DNA from: the human T2T-CHM13v2.0 reference genome, Homo sapiens
NCBI RefSeq assembly: GCF_009914755.1
Contig: NC_060938.1
Reading direction: 5' to 3' (one strand)
DNA: 64,000 nt
In this document: positions 44,355-56,078 of the stretch, one piece after another
Numbering within the stretch: position 1 is the first letter of the stretch
Layout: each line of letters begins with the position of its first letter
Program-made: the position numbers and the translations under genes
Notes under the pieces: model-generated
Database searches by the model: none
The model's input: only the letters and a program-made list of their open reading frames with translations
What the model was told of the DNA's origin: nothing

Positions 44355-46595
44355 AGAAAAAACATTTTATATGCAACCCAGCAAAAATACTTATCTATAT
44401 GTATGTGTGTATGTGCACTTAAAATTTCACTAAATACTGTCTTCTATTTTTTAACGCTGATTCTGAGCCCTGAAATTCATTTTACAACCCAATTATGAAT
44501 CACAGCTCACAGCCTGAAAAGCAGTTACAGCTATGCATGGACTCCTGCACTCAATGGTATTCGAGTATATGTGGAATGTTTATAAAAATTCAGCACATAC
44601 TATGTCACAAATGAAGGCTCCGTGCACTTCAAAATATCAATATCAAACGGTTCACACTCTTCAACCACAAAGCACTTAAGTTAGAAATAATAAAAAGAGG
44701 TTTTTTTTAAAAAAAAATCCATGTGTTGGAAATTTTAAAAAAATAGAGTACCTATTACTCATGCATTAAAGAGATAATCATAATGAAAATTATAAAATAT
44801 TTTAAACTGTATGGCTCTAAAAGTACTACACATCAGATTTGTGGAATAACCAAAACTGCACTCAAAAATAAACTCTTAATACATTTATTTAAAAGACAAG
44901 AAGGATTAAAAATAAGTGAGTTAATTGTTTAATTCGAAAAGCTATGAAAGGACAACAGAGTAAACTAATTAAAATATAGAAAGGAAAAAAATACAGAAAT
45001 CTACAACAGTCAGGTGCATGGCAGAACATTAGAGAACAGTGCCTCCAACTGTATCTGGCATGTGGTAGGGGGTCATTAAATACTTGTTGAAGGAACGAAT
45101 GAAATTGACAAGTACTGGGATGGCCTCTGGAAAGACTAATGAATAAAAAGAGAAAAGGGCCTACTCAGGAATGAAGAGGACTATAACCAGAAATACGGGG
45201 GAATAGATAATATGCAGTATATTTATAAAATGGAGTCCTGAGTGCCTTTACTGCACAAAAGTTGACTTCACTAAATGTTTCATGATTTGGTTTTGGAACC
45301 TGACCCTAATTAATAATGTTCTAATTGTTATTTTCTAAGGATTAGCATTAACTTCCATTTCAGAATCATAAACCCTAGACTGAGAGATAAAAGGAAGAAG
45401 CAGCGTATACCTGTGTGTGTGTGTGTGGATATGTCGAAAATTGTAGGCTACTTACTATGAGTAAATGTTTGGTAGGAAAAGTCAGGGTATGTATTTTTTG
45501 TTTTGTTTTGTTTCTTTTTTCTTGGGAATTGAAAGAGGTTGGTTATCGCTGTATTTTATAAAAACGATCAGGTTTGGGGGTGTTTGTTTTCAGCACCTTC
45601 ACAGATGCAGCCATGTCTGTTTTGCCACAGCCCTGGTAAGATCAGCATTTGTAGCTTTGCTCTTCCTGTAAAATCTTGAGCATTTTCCTTTTGTGAGTCC
45701 TTCCTTCTACAGAAAGGTCATCTCTGATGTGGTGGCATGAGTCCAAGATAAACTTATACTAAACCATTGAAATAGAAAACTAGTACCCCTGTGTTGGGGA
45801 TGTGGAAAGCCTTGAAAAGAACCCAAACAGAAATAATATAGCAGCAAACCACAGTCAACCTTGTGAAGTAATGAACAAAACAGACCTTAAAGAAAGCATA
45901 TCGCTTTCAGAAAAGTTTCCACTGATCAAAATAATGGGCAAAAGAAGAACAGAGGAAACCACAAATAAAGAAATGAAGATCCACGAAAAACATGTCAGAA
46001 ACCTTACCAGCAAAAGGGATGGTGGGGCTATTGCTCATTATAACCCTCCTGGACTGGGTTTTATGTATAAATATATGTTATATAGTTATATAGGCTGGCT
46101 ATATGGTGTGGTCTTGATGCCAGTGGAATTCCTAGCCAGCCAGTTGATTGGCTTATATTCCTTAAATAGAGACTTGTACTAGAAAAAATTTTTCAAAATA
46201 ATTAATACAGGATGTAATATCCCTATAAGATGAAATACAGGCATTTCATCTTACAAGGATATTATTTGTTTTTAATGCATCTTTGAACAACTTCTTTGAA
46301 AGGCACAGGAGAGCTGTTCCCTCAGAGTAGGAATAATGCTCATTTGAGGTGCTTTCTCAGACCTCAGAAAAAACGGCAGAGGCAAGATGAGTAGATAGAT
46401 GTGAAGCAAGTGAGTCAAATTCAGGGTTAGGAAGTGTACATGTAATATTTAGGTAAACTCTTTAGCTGCCAGCTGTGAACATGTCCCAAGGAAAGAGATT
46501 TTGCCTTCATAGAGAGGAGCATGCGACTGTTCATTGAGTTCTTCGAATTCTTTGTTGCTACTATATGTGGTCACGTGTCTTATTATAGTTTTTAA

Positions 46596-46958
<363 letters not shown>

Positions 46959-47546
46959 TTAAGCAGTTTTTAATAATCATTGACAGTTTATCCTCAGAGA
47001 AGAACCTAAATAAGACCATTACCAGAGCTGAGATTGTAGTAAGCTTCTTACTCTCAACCTTTCACTACATCAAGCAGCTTTCCATCTCCTAGACAGTTGT
47101 ACCATTTCCAAGAAGAACAATTAAGGACTAGATATTCACATCTATCACTCTTCTCATGTTTGAACTCTAACTTTTGTGTAGTGTAAAGTTAATGGCACCT
47201 TTTGTCCCATCTTTTCAGTATTTCTCACTGTCAAGCTCTTGATACTTCTATAACTCCAGTTTTTCTAACTTCATCTTTAGCCACTTCTTTATATTCTGGT
47301 GTACTATGACCAGAGAACATCAGATAATGGAACTGTATCACACACATATTTAACTTTATACATTCAGCTATTCAGAGAGAAATTGATTGTAATTTCAATA
47401 AAGTGGCTGATTCCAATTGATTTTACACTTAGGATAAGATGGGAGAAATATCACTCCAGTCAGTCAGTTTCAGTTCCCGTGGGACTTTCTTATAGCAAGG
47501 GCATCCCACTGCACTCTTATTCTCACGCTTAAAGATACATATTTTA

Positions 47547-47847
47547 GGCCAGGTGCAGTGGCTTATATCTATAGTCCCCGCACTTTGGGAGGCCAAGGCA
47601 GGCAGACCATGTGAACCCAGGGGTTTGAGAGCAGCCTGGGTGACATGGCAAAACTCTGTCTCCACAAAAAATACAAAAATTAGCCAGACCTGGTACCACA
47701 CGCCTGTAGTCCCAGCCACTTGGGAGGCTAAGATAGGAGGATCACCTGAGCCCAGGAAGTTGAGGCTGCAGTGAGCTGTGATTGTGCCACTACACTCCAG
47801 CCTGGGTGACAGAGTAAGACCCTGTCTCAAAAAAGTAAAAATAAAAA
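47547..47847 (+). mobile_element. Alu (AluJ)
   Basis: AluJ diagnostics (ggatcacctgagcccaggaagttgaggctgc). Confidence 0.95.
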
Positions 47848-49799
47848 TACATAGTTTATACAACATGATCCCATAATACAAGCCTACTTTTCTAAATACA
47901 AACCTACTTCATTTGGTGCACAGTTGAATAAATCATTCTGACACTGGCAGAAAAATACATATTAGATTTATTAAGAGATAACCTGTCAATCTCAAATGTG
48001 GCGTCTCTTCCTAAGGGATCTTAAGAATAATTTTTACTATGAGATTTTTGTCTTATAGGCTGCCAGTTAATTACCTTGTAACTTTAATAGCAAATTGCTG
48101 TTAACTTCCAGGTTCAGAATGCCTATGGCCATTCTTCTGTAGTTTAGCACTAATATTTCAGACTGATGTTGGAGTCAATGAGTCATTCAATTTGATATTT
48201 CTGTATGTAGATAGACTTATAGTGAATGCAGAGAGTGTTAAGCAGTATTGCTAAGTAAAAAATGACAATACTACTACTAGTAATAGTTCATGTATATTTA
48301 GTCCATAATATAACACCAGTCACTGCTTAGATGTGCTTTATATTCACCATCTTACGTAGTCTTCAAAAGCCTATAAGGTAGGTCTTGTTATCCAGGTGTT
48401 AAACCATAGTAACTGACTTAAAGACAACCAAGGGAACACATACATACCTCCCAACGTAAATATTTCCTAAAACACATGTATTCCTAGGAAAGCAGCAAAG
48501 AATCATTGCAGGGGCAAGTGCAAGTTGACATGCAGGCTCTAGACAAGCTGAGTTTCAAAAGTTCTCATTTAGGGGAAGGTTGTCCAGAAGTTGGAATATA
48601 TTTTCCCAAGGAAATGATGTTATCACAACAAAAGCATATTTACCCATAATGTGCCTAAAGTAGTAATAACAGACCTAAACCATTTTGTGTACCAGTGTTT
48701 CCATGGAAAAATTCACTCAAAAGTTTCCCCTTGGATTGCTGTGGACACATTTCTACATCACAGGGAGAATGGGGACTCTATGCTAGAAGCAGTAGAATCA
48801 TTAGAAGTGTTCAAATTCTGAATCTGTGGTGGTCTCCAAGGCCTTTGATGGGAGTTGATGGGAGGGAAGAGGATGGAAGAGTGAGTGAAACTGGGAACCA
48901 GGGACCATAGGGTTAGAGGATCTTCAGTAAAGAACGGGATAAAGCCTAAGAAGGTGAAGGGTGGATTGGGGGTTCCAGAGAGGAGAGGGAAAAGTTTCAA
49001 GAGTTTTAAAGACCCAGAATTCATTGAGTCTAAGCCCCCAGGGACTCTTCTCATCCCTCAAGCAGTTTTCTATTATTCACTACCAGTTTCTACTACTGAC
49101 CCAAAGATTTTGCCGGCTTCTTCCCTTTTTTTTTTTTTTTTAAACCACTAATACTTTGTGAAATTGAGACCAGCCCAGGGCTTTGCTCCACTCAGCTGCT
49201 CCTAAAGCAAGCACAGTGGCTCTAATGGTTTTTAACTTCTGTAAAGGAAAGAGCTTATCTTAGGCCCTCCAGAACTTTTTCACTTGGACATGGAAGAGCA
49301 AACATCATCTACAGATGCTTTGGGAGAGTTTTTGGGTCCCATAAGGGGCTGAAATAAAATGCGTGAGGATTTCCGATGTGGCTGTCCAAGGCCGAGGCTG
49401 ATGGGAAAAGGGAGAAGCTCTCTGCCCCTTTCTCTCCTGCCTCTGTGGCTCCCTTGTCCTCAAAATGAAAGTGGAAAGGAGAGGGTAGGCCCCAAATTGC
49501 TTGCCAGAGGGGAGGGGCTATGAGACAGTCTGATCCTTGCGCCAATGCTGGGCTAGAATCTTCTCAAGCGGCATGTCTCTTTCAGGGTTGTAGGGACTGT
49601 GTGGGCACCTCAGACACCACCTGACTCTCCAGGTGCACCTCATACCACTTTGCTCTTTACCTACTAGCCAATGATGATATGAATCACCTGGGCACCTGGG
49701 GCACTGTCCCCAGGCTCACCTGGAAAGCTGTGTGATTAACAAGTGACCCCAGGTCATTCCTGTCAAAGACATTCAGCAAACACTGCCTGACTGTCCCCA

Positions 49800-50165
49800 C
49801 CCCTATCCTATCTCCTTAGCTGGTCTTTAAAGGTTCCTAGGACATTCCAAGCCCCTTTCTGCCTCAGAGTCATTATATATGCAATTTCCTCGTGAAACGC
49901 TCTTTCCTCTCCCTCCTCCTGGCTAATGCCTACCTCTCCTAACTTCATGACTCCCTTGAAATTATTTCCACAGAAAGACCATCCTTGACCACTGTTCTCA
50001 TCATCTAAACCAGGTTCCCCTGCCTCGTTCTCATAACACTGTGTGCTTTTTCTCTTTAGCATTTAGCACACACTTTGTGTTTTATGTACGTGCTTTAACG
50101 TATCTCCTCACTAGTACAGAACACAGGAAATGCTTGATAAATATTTCTTGTGTGAATGAATGACT
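49800..50165 (+). mobile_element. L2 3' end
   Basis: gccccttctgcctcagag...tgcttgataaatatttcttgtgtgaatgaatga. Confidence 0.65.
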
Positions 50166-50679
50166 GGAAAAATAGTGTCGGGAGAGAGATACTAAAGGTT
50201 GGGTTGGATGTTGCTCAACAAAAACAAAGAACTGAGCATGTTGAAAGCTTTGATCTCTCAGGTACAACTTTTACACATCAACTAAAATCAAGGCAGATAG
50301 ACCCAACAAAAATATTATATTATAAATATACAACAAAAATATTACAAATATTTCAAAAAAATTTATAAATATTTGATGTGTGCAAAATGCAGCAGCAGTG
50401 AATAAGACCAATACAATCTCTGTCATTATGGAGCTTACATTCTAGCAAGGGTGATGGATACTAAGCAACCAGTTACACAGTTTCATAATTATAATTTTGA
50501 AAAATGCAAAGAAGGAATTAGAGCTGTAAGCGCCTTTAACAGGGAGGCTTGACTTGGGCTGTAGGGCATCAGACTAGTCCTAGGATTTCTGAGACATATG
50601 GCTAGGGAACCTCTGCCCAAAGAATCAGATATACTCTGTCATATCTCTTGTCAAAGTTGGCATGAGGGGAGATGCTGTG

Positions 50680-50911
50680 TACATTTCTCAGTCTTGCGAT
50701 TATTGACACCATGGAGTAGATAATTCTTTGTTTGGGGCATTTTCCTGTGTGCTGTGGAATGCGTAGCAGTATTCCTGGCCTCTGCCTGCTAGCTGCCAGT
50801 AGCACCCCACAGTTGTGATAACCACAGATGTTTTGACATTGTTGGGTGTCCCTGGTTGGCTCAGGGGACACATAATCTCTCCTTCCCCACTTACCCAGTT
50901 GAAAACCACTC
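50680..50911 (-). mobile_element. MER20 (opposite orientation to the 41645 copy)
   Basis: tattgacac...gataattctttgtt...gccagtagcacccc...gttgaaaaccact. Confidence 0.85.
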
Positions 50912-50989
50912 TTCCACATGAGACTTGCTTTTTTAAAAATGTGTTTTCATATGATTTAGGTAAGTCAATGCCAGAAATATAATTTTTTC

Positions 50990-51260
50990 CTTCAATAAAC
51001 AACTATTTATTGAGTACTTGTTATGTGTCAGGCACTATTCTAGGCACTGGAGACACAGCAATGATGAAGGCCCATGCTTTCTTGATACTACATTTCAGTA
51101 GGGAGAAATTAACAATAAATCTCAAAATATATACTATTTCAGAAGTGTGGAGGTTTGTCATAGAGTCTTCTCTGATAAGGTGACATTTGAACAAAGCCTT
51201 GAAGGAAGTGAGTGAATGAGCCACAGGAGAAGCAGCACCAAGAGCAAGAAGCGAAGCCAT
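50990..51260 (-). mobile_element. L2 3' end just upstream of exon C
   Basis: tatttattgagtacttgttatgtgtcaggcactattctaggcactggagacacagca. Confidence 0.8.
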
Positions 51261-51325
51261 CAGAGGTCCTGCACCTGACCTCACCTTTCCGCCTGCAGGT
51301 CTGACCAAGCTCCTTTGTGTTTCAG

Positions 51326-51408
51326 AGGGTCCTCCGCGGAAGGGCAGCTGAATGGACTCCAGAGCAGCCTTAACCCTGCAGCCTTTGTGCCCATCACCAG
51401 CTCTACAG
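51326..51408 (+). CDS. TTLL5: TTLL5 coding exon C (83 bp; probably exon 31): (K)[27 protein letters not shown]
   Basis: Acceptor tcctttgtgtttcag|A and donor CAG|gttagt. Phase 2 fits exon B (AA|A = Lys). Recognised TTLL5 near-terminal peptide. Confidence 0.9.
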
Positions 51409-52009
51409 GTTAGTGGGCACCAGCTCTTCTGCAACTGGATAGATGACAGGGAAGGTGTTGGGCTTGGCACATTCTCTCTTCTGCCTCCAAAGAGAGCCCC
51501 AGTTCAAAGAATGAAACATCTAGCCTCTCAAAACATTGGCAAATGGGCATTTTTGTTGCATTCTTCTTTAAAATAGTCTTGGCAGCCTAAAATAGGCATT
51601 TTCTGGAACTAGCTTGGGGTAAATGAAACCTCGCCATCTTATAAAATGCTGTCAGATTTGCAGCATTTAATACAGATGTCCCATATTGACTGGTATTTCA
51701 CTGTCTATGTTGTATTTCCGCATGTTGTATCTCTCACTTAATTCTCACACAGCCCTGTGAGTTTGATCTTATCCCCTCCACATGAGGAAACAGGCTCAGA
51801 AAGTTGAGGGCTTGTTGAAGTTTATGCGTGGATGCAGAGCTGGAGCTCTGGTCTTTGATCTACGTGTTGTGCTAATGCCATGGTCTGTGGACAGGTTGTT
51901 ACTGACAGCCTGAAGCCTCTCAGTGTAGGTGCATACAGATAAGTTAGGCAGTGTTGGTCCAGAGATAGTTTCTATGAATAATAATTAATAAAAATGAACT
52001 ATTAAGTCA

Positions 52010-52800
52010 GAAAATTGAACAAATATTTATTATTGAGTACCTACTCTAGAGAAAATAACATGCTGGGCACTGAGATACACACCGGGTGAACAAGACAGTC
52101 TGCTCTTAGGGAACTTTAAAGGAGATAGAAAAGTCAGCAGGGAATGTGCTGCAAAGTGGGTATTATTGCATGCCTGAGACACATAGAATAACAACAGACT
52201 ACATTGACTGAGGATTTGCTATGTGTCAGGCACAGTTCTGAATGCTTTATGTGTAATAACTCACTTGTTCACTGAACAGGCACATAATGTAGGAACTATA
52301 TTCCCCATTTATGGCTGAAGAAATAAAGGCACAGGCAGATTATCAAACTTGTCTGAAGTCTCACAACTAGTAAGCAGTGGGGCATATTTGAACCTAAGCA
52401 GTCGAGCCCAGATCTCTAGGGACTGGGAACGGCTTCCTAGAGGAAAAACATCGAAGCTGACACTGGAGTGTGGACGAGTCAGCCAGGAGAGGAAAGGCAC
52501 AGGTGGAAGGAGTTCTAGGAAGAGGGAACAGTGCAAGCAAAGACCGGGGGGAAGTGAAAACGTGCTGTGTTCCACAGGCTTCCATGGATCAGTGTGGCTG
52601 GGGACTGGGGCATGAGCAGGGAGTGGAAGGGGAAAAGGTTGTGAGGTAGTAGGGCCATTTTATGAGCCATGTAGGGAACTTGGTCATTGCCCTGACAGCA
52701 ATAAGGAGCCATCGAGGAGTTTTAAGCAGGAGGGGGCTGGGTGGCTAGGGGTCAGGGATTGACATAATACACCTTAAAATGATTACAAGATCTCTGAGAA
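52010..52800 (-). mobile_element. L2 interrupted by a MIR (~52190-52410)
   Basis: aaatatttattattgagtacctact...gagggaacagtgcaagcaaag...gagccatcgaggagttttaagcagg. Confidence 0.7.
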
Positions 52801-53293
52801 GCTCAGGCCAGGTACAGTGGCTCATGCCTATAATCGCAATGCTTTGGAAAGACGAGGCAGGAGGATCTCTTGAGACCAGCCTGGGCAACAAAGTGAGACC
52901 CTATCTCTACAAAAAAAAAAAGTTTTTAATTAGCCAGGTGTGGTGTGACATGCCGCTAGTCCTAGCTACTCAAGAGGCTGAGGTGGGAGGATCACTTGAG
53001 CCCAGGAATTCAAGGCTGCAGTGAGTTGTGATCCTGCCACTGTACTCTGGCCTGGGTGACAGGGCAAGACCCTACCTCTAATTTAAAAAAAAAAAAAAAA
53101 GCCAGTTACTTGACTACATCCTGGGGATAATTATATGTATCTCATAAGGCTTATAGTAAGGATTAAATGAAGCAATATATAGGGAAGGCGCTATAACTAC
53201 TGTAACTACACCCGGGCCACTACTACCTCATAACCTTTTCTCTTTCCACTCCCTGCTCATGCCCCAGTTCCCAGCCACACTGATCCATGGAAG
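52579..53293. repeat. Inverted repeat, arms 52579-52656 and 53215-53293
   Basis: 78/79-bp arms; 4 substitutions and 1 indel by manual alignment. Confidence 0.93.
52806..53100 (+). mobile_element. Alu (AluJ) with a ~14-nt left-arm deletion
   Basis: ggatctcttgag|accagcc junction; A tail. Confidence 0.93.
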
Positions 53294-55738
53294 TATGATA
53301 GGAGTATAAGGATGTGTTCTCCACTGAACATTTTAGAACCTGAATTCAAGAAATACTTGATGGGTATCTATTCACCTCACTCCTCCAAAAAAAAAAAAAA
53401 GGAAAGAAAAAAAGAATTACTAGAACATGGTAGTTAACTATATTTTTAAGAAAGTAAACCTTCACCTGGGATTGTTATGAACTGCGAAGTAATGGCACAA
53501 GGGAATCATGGCCAAGTGTGAAGGATTTCTGTGAGATACCCTATGAGAACCCCTTTGGCTCTTCAAGTTTGCTTCTGCTGGAGAAGTTCACAAACCCAAG
53601 GAGTTCCCTGACTATACTTCATTTGCGTGTCTGATTGATAAATTAAGTGTTGAATTGAACTTTGCATGCACTCCAGCTGAGCCAGTTGGAAACTTGGGTG
53701 GTCAGGTGGGTCATACTTGCAGCATCTTGACCGTGAATTACTGTTTACTGACTCTTGGTAACGTTATTTAGAAGATTTTGTGGCACTCATACTGAACTTG
53801 GTGTCAGTATGAAACCACAGAGCAAGAAGAAGAAGTTGTATTTCTTCCTGGCTTCTCATAGTGACCTTTCCCTGCTAATTCTACTTTATGGTAACAAGCA
53901 GATCATTCTTCTTCATTGTTTAGGTAGTTTATTACTTACTGCTTTTGTCACCAATAGGCTCTGGGCCTCTGAACTTTTCGAATTTGTTTCTACTCTGATT
54001 TTTCTGGTGTTCCTGATCGTTAGTTAAAGAAACACTGAGGTGCATGATATAGTAAGCTTCAGGCATTTTCTATACTTCCCAATGAACATTTTACCTTCAC
54101 AGCATTAGTAACTAAATCTGTTACAGTTATTTGTACAACTAGTAAGTAACTGCCAGGCACACCAACATTTGAACTGAAAATCATTTGCTTTCTGTATTAC
54201 AAGTAGATTTAAAGCAGTTCTATCCTAGGGGTTCAGAAGGATATCCTACAAAAAGGAGATTAGGTTCCTAGTAGCAACATTTTTCTGTAAACCCACAAGA
54301 AAGAAGAACAACTCTCATAATAAGTCTAAAAGTTTACACCTCTCCCTGAGACCTGGGAAGCGTGTGCCTATGTAGGAATCCCTAAACCATCTTTGAAAGG
54401 TATTTAGCCCATCTGGTCCAGTTAATTCAATCCGTTAAACATGATATTGAGTCCAAGACTATAGCAGAAGTCTGTTTTCTAGTTCCTTAATTCTTCCTGT
54501 AAGTCTTGCCTGCCAGGCTTTCGGCTGTGTGACTGTTCTCTCGCAGTCTGAATGAGATAGTGATTCGTCCCAGGGCACTGTTGAAAAACAACTCAGAGTC
54601 CTTTCCTATAGATGGTGGCTTAATGGCATTCTTGGTATTATGAACATTAAATGAGATAGTGAATTGAAAGCTCTTAGCAGAGTACCTGGAGTACTCCATG
54701 AATGTGGTTTTTCCTTGACTTACCAACCTCAGGCTTTATATTAGTAGTTTGCTGTGGAAGGGAAGTTTTAGAGTCAGCAAATTTGGAAACTTGAGAAGGA
54801 AGCTGGAGTGAGAGCTCTTGGCCCAAAGCCAAAGTCGTTGGCCTTCCTTCTTTATAACTGTGGTGTTCTTCTTGAGTTCTGAGGTGGTGATGGTAAACTA
54901 AAATAGCAGAGAGCAACAGATTAGATAACTGACATTTCTCTCATGCTGATTTGATAATGTAAACTACCATTACTGTAGGAGTCTGAAGCCGCAGCAGCTG
55001 CCCTCATCCCTGCCCCTTAGCTTCTGCCTAAGCCTTTCCTGTTCTGGAGCCCAACCTCTCCCTCCTTTTATTTTTAAGCTCTTAGTAGTCTGCAATTGGT
55101 GGAAGGGACCTTACCACCTTTAGAAAATCAATGATGGATTTCATGTGCAAGCAGTGAGCAGTGTCCTTATTAAATGTTCGTTGTTTCTGGCCCTAGTAAA
55201 ATGTACTATAGCTTTGTGCTTTTTGGATGGGGATGGGGCAACAGCACATCAGTGTGACTCTGACTGCCCACTTCGTTGGGTCCCTGAGACAACAAGAGAA
55301 AGGAACATTACTATATAGTAAACCCTGTGGAGCCAAAACCCTAAGGATCTAGATGTCACTTTAACTTTCAAGCAAAATTACTTGCCTGGCAGCTCTCAAC
55401 AGAATGGCCTATTTTCATGATCAGATTCTTACTCTTTTCACCACGTGTTGTATAGTTTTTGGAGCTCCTGGGTGGATCTGGAGTACAGTCACATAAAACC
55501 CCTGATTGCTCCCCAGATTTTCTTTCCAGAGCCAGAGGGGTAAGAATTTGGGTTGATCACCCACTTTTACGCTGTTCAAAAGCAAAAGAGAGACTGTGAA
55601 TTGGAATTTGACAGGAAGTGGGGTGGCGTTATCTGGGGGAACGGTGATCCCCTTAACCTAGTTTCAGATTTTACCTTGTGTCCTTTGGGCCAAAATCAAA
55701 TGTAGTGTTAAGTAGAGATACTTTTTTCCATTTTTCAG

Positions 55739-55860
55739 GATCTTTGGATACTCCCCAAGTTATTTTCGCCACATCCAAACCCTTGCCCACACAATCTGAA
55801 GCCCTTGCTACAGTTATAGGACAGAGAAAATCAAAGTCGGTGAAGTCAGGGCCAATTTAA
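55739..55860 (+). CDS. TTLL5: Candidate TTLL5 alternative stop-containing exon E: (G)SLDTPQVIFATSKPLPTQSEALATVIGQRKSKSVKSGPI*
   Basis: Strong acceptor cttttttccatttttcag|. Phase 1 fits exon C (G|GA = Gly). Intact 40-residue frame to TAA 55858-55860. Donors AAG|gtaacg (after 55861) and ACG|gtaaga (after 55867). Resembles the recalled mouse Ttll5 C-terminus. Confidence 0.72.
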
Positions 55861-56059
55861 GGTAACGGTAAGAATAAGAGCATATTTTTATCATTTTCAC
55901 TTGCTGACTTTATACTACAGCAAGAGACTTAGTGGCTACCAAAAGAAGTTCTAGCTTCTCAAAATGACAGTGAAGTTGGGGCTTTATAAACCAAAACTTA
56001 GAAGGATGCTCCCAAACTGGGTCAAAGTTGAGCTCCAAATAGTTTGCTCCTATAATGGT

Positions 56060-56078
56060 CTACCAGTAGGTGGCGCTG
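56060..56078 (+). promoter_or_regulatory. CTCF binding motif
   Basis: ctaCCAGTAGGTGGCGCtg matches the CTCF core CCASYAGRKGGCRS; unique sequence with a retained CpG. Confidence 0.7.

Larger units (their letters stand above)
42150..45200 (+). mobile_element. Old L1ME-type ORF1-ORF2 remnant with nested Alus and a MER element
   Basis: A-rich sense strand with L1 motifs (gaattttccagaattg, ctagaattttatac, gccagataaaatatag, ttcaaccacaaagcacttaagttagaaat). Confidence 0.7.

Noticed and set aside
45713-46182. Good-looking acceptor (ccttccttctacag|) and a 126-aa A-rich ORF as an extra TTLL5 exon
   Set aside because: The frame set by exon B hits TGA after 9 codons, the long ORF is in another frame, the donor is weak, and part resembles decayed L1 ORF2 (aatgggcaaaaga...gaacaga). 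A rare poison exon cannot be excluded.
51299-51408. TTLL5-IFT43 read-through transcript using exon C
   Set aside because: Only a vague recollection of annotation; nothing in this window can support it.
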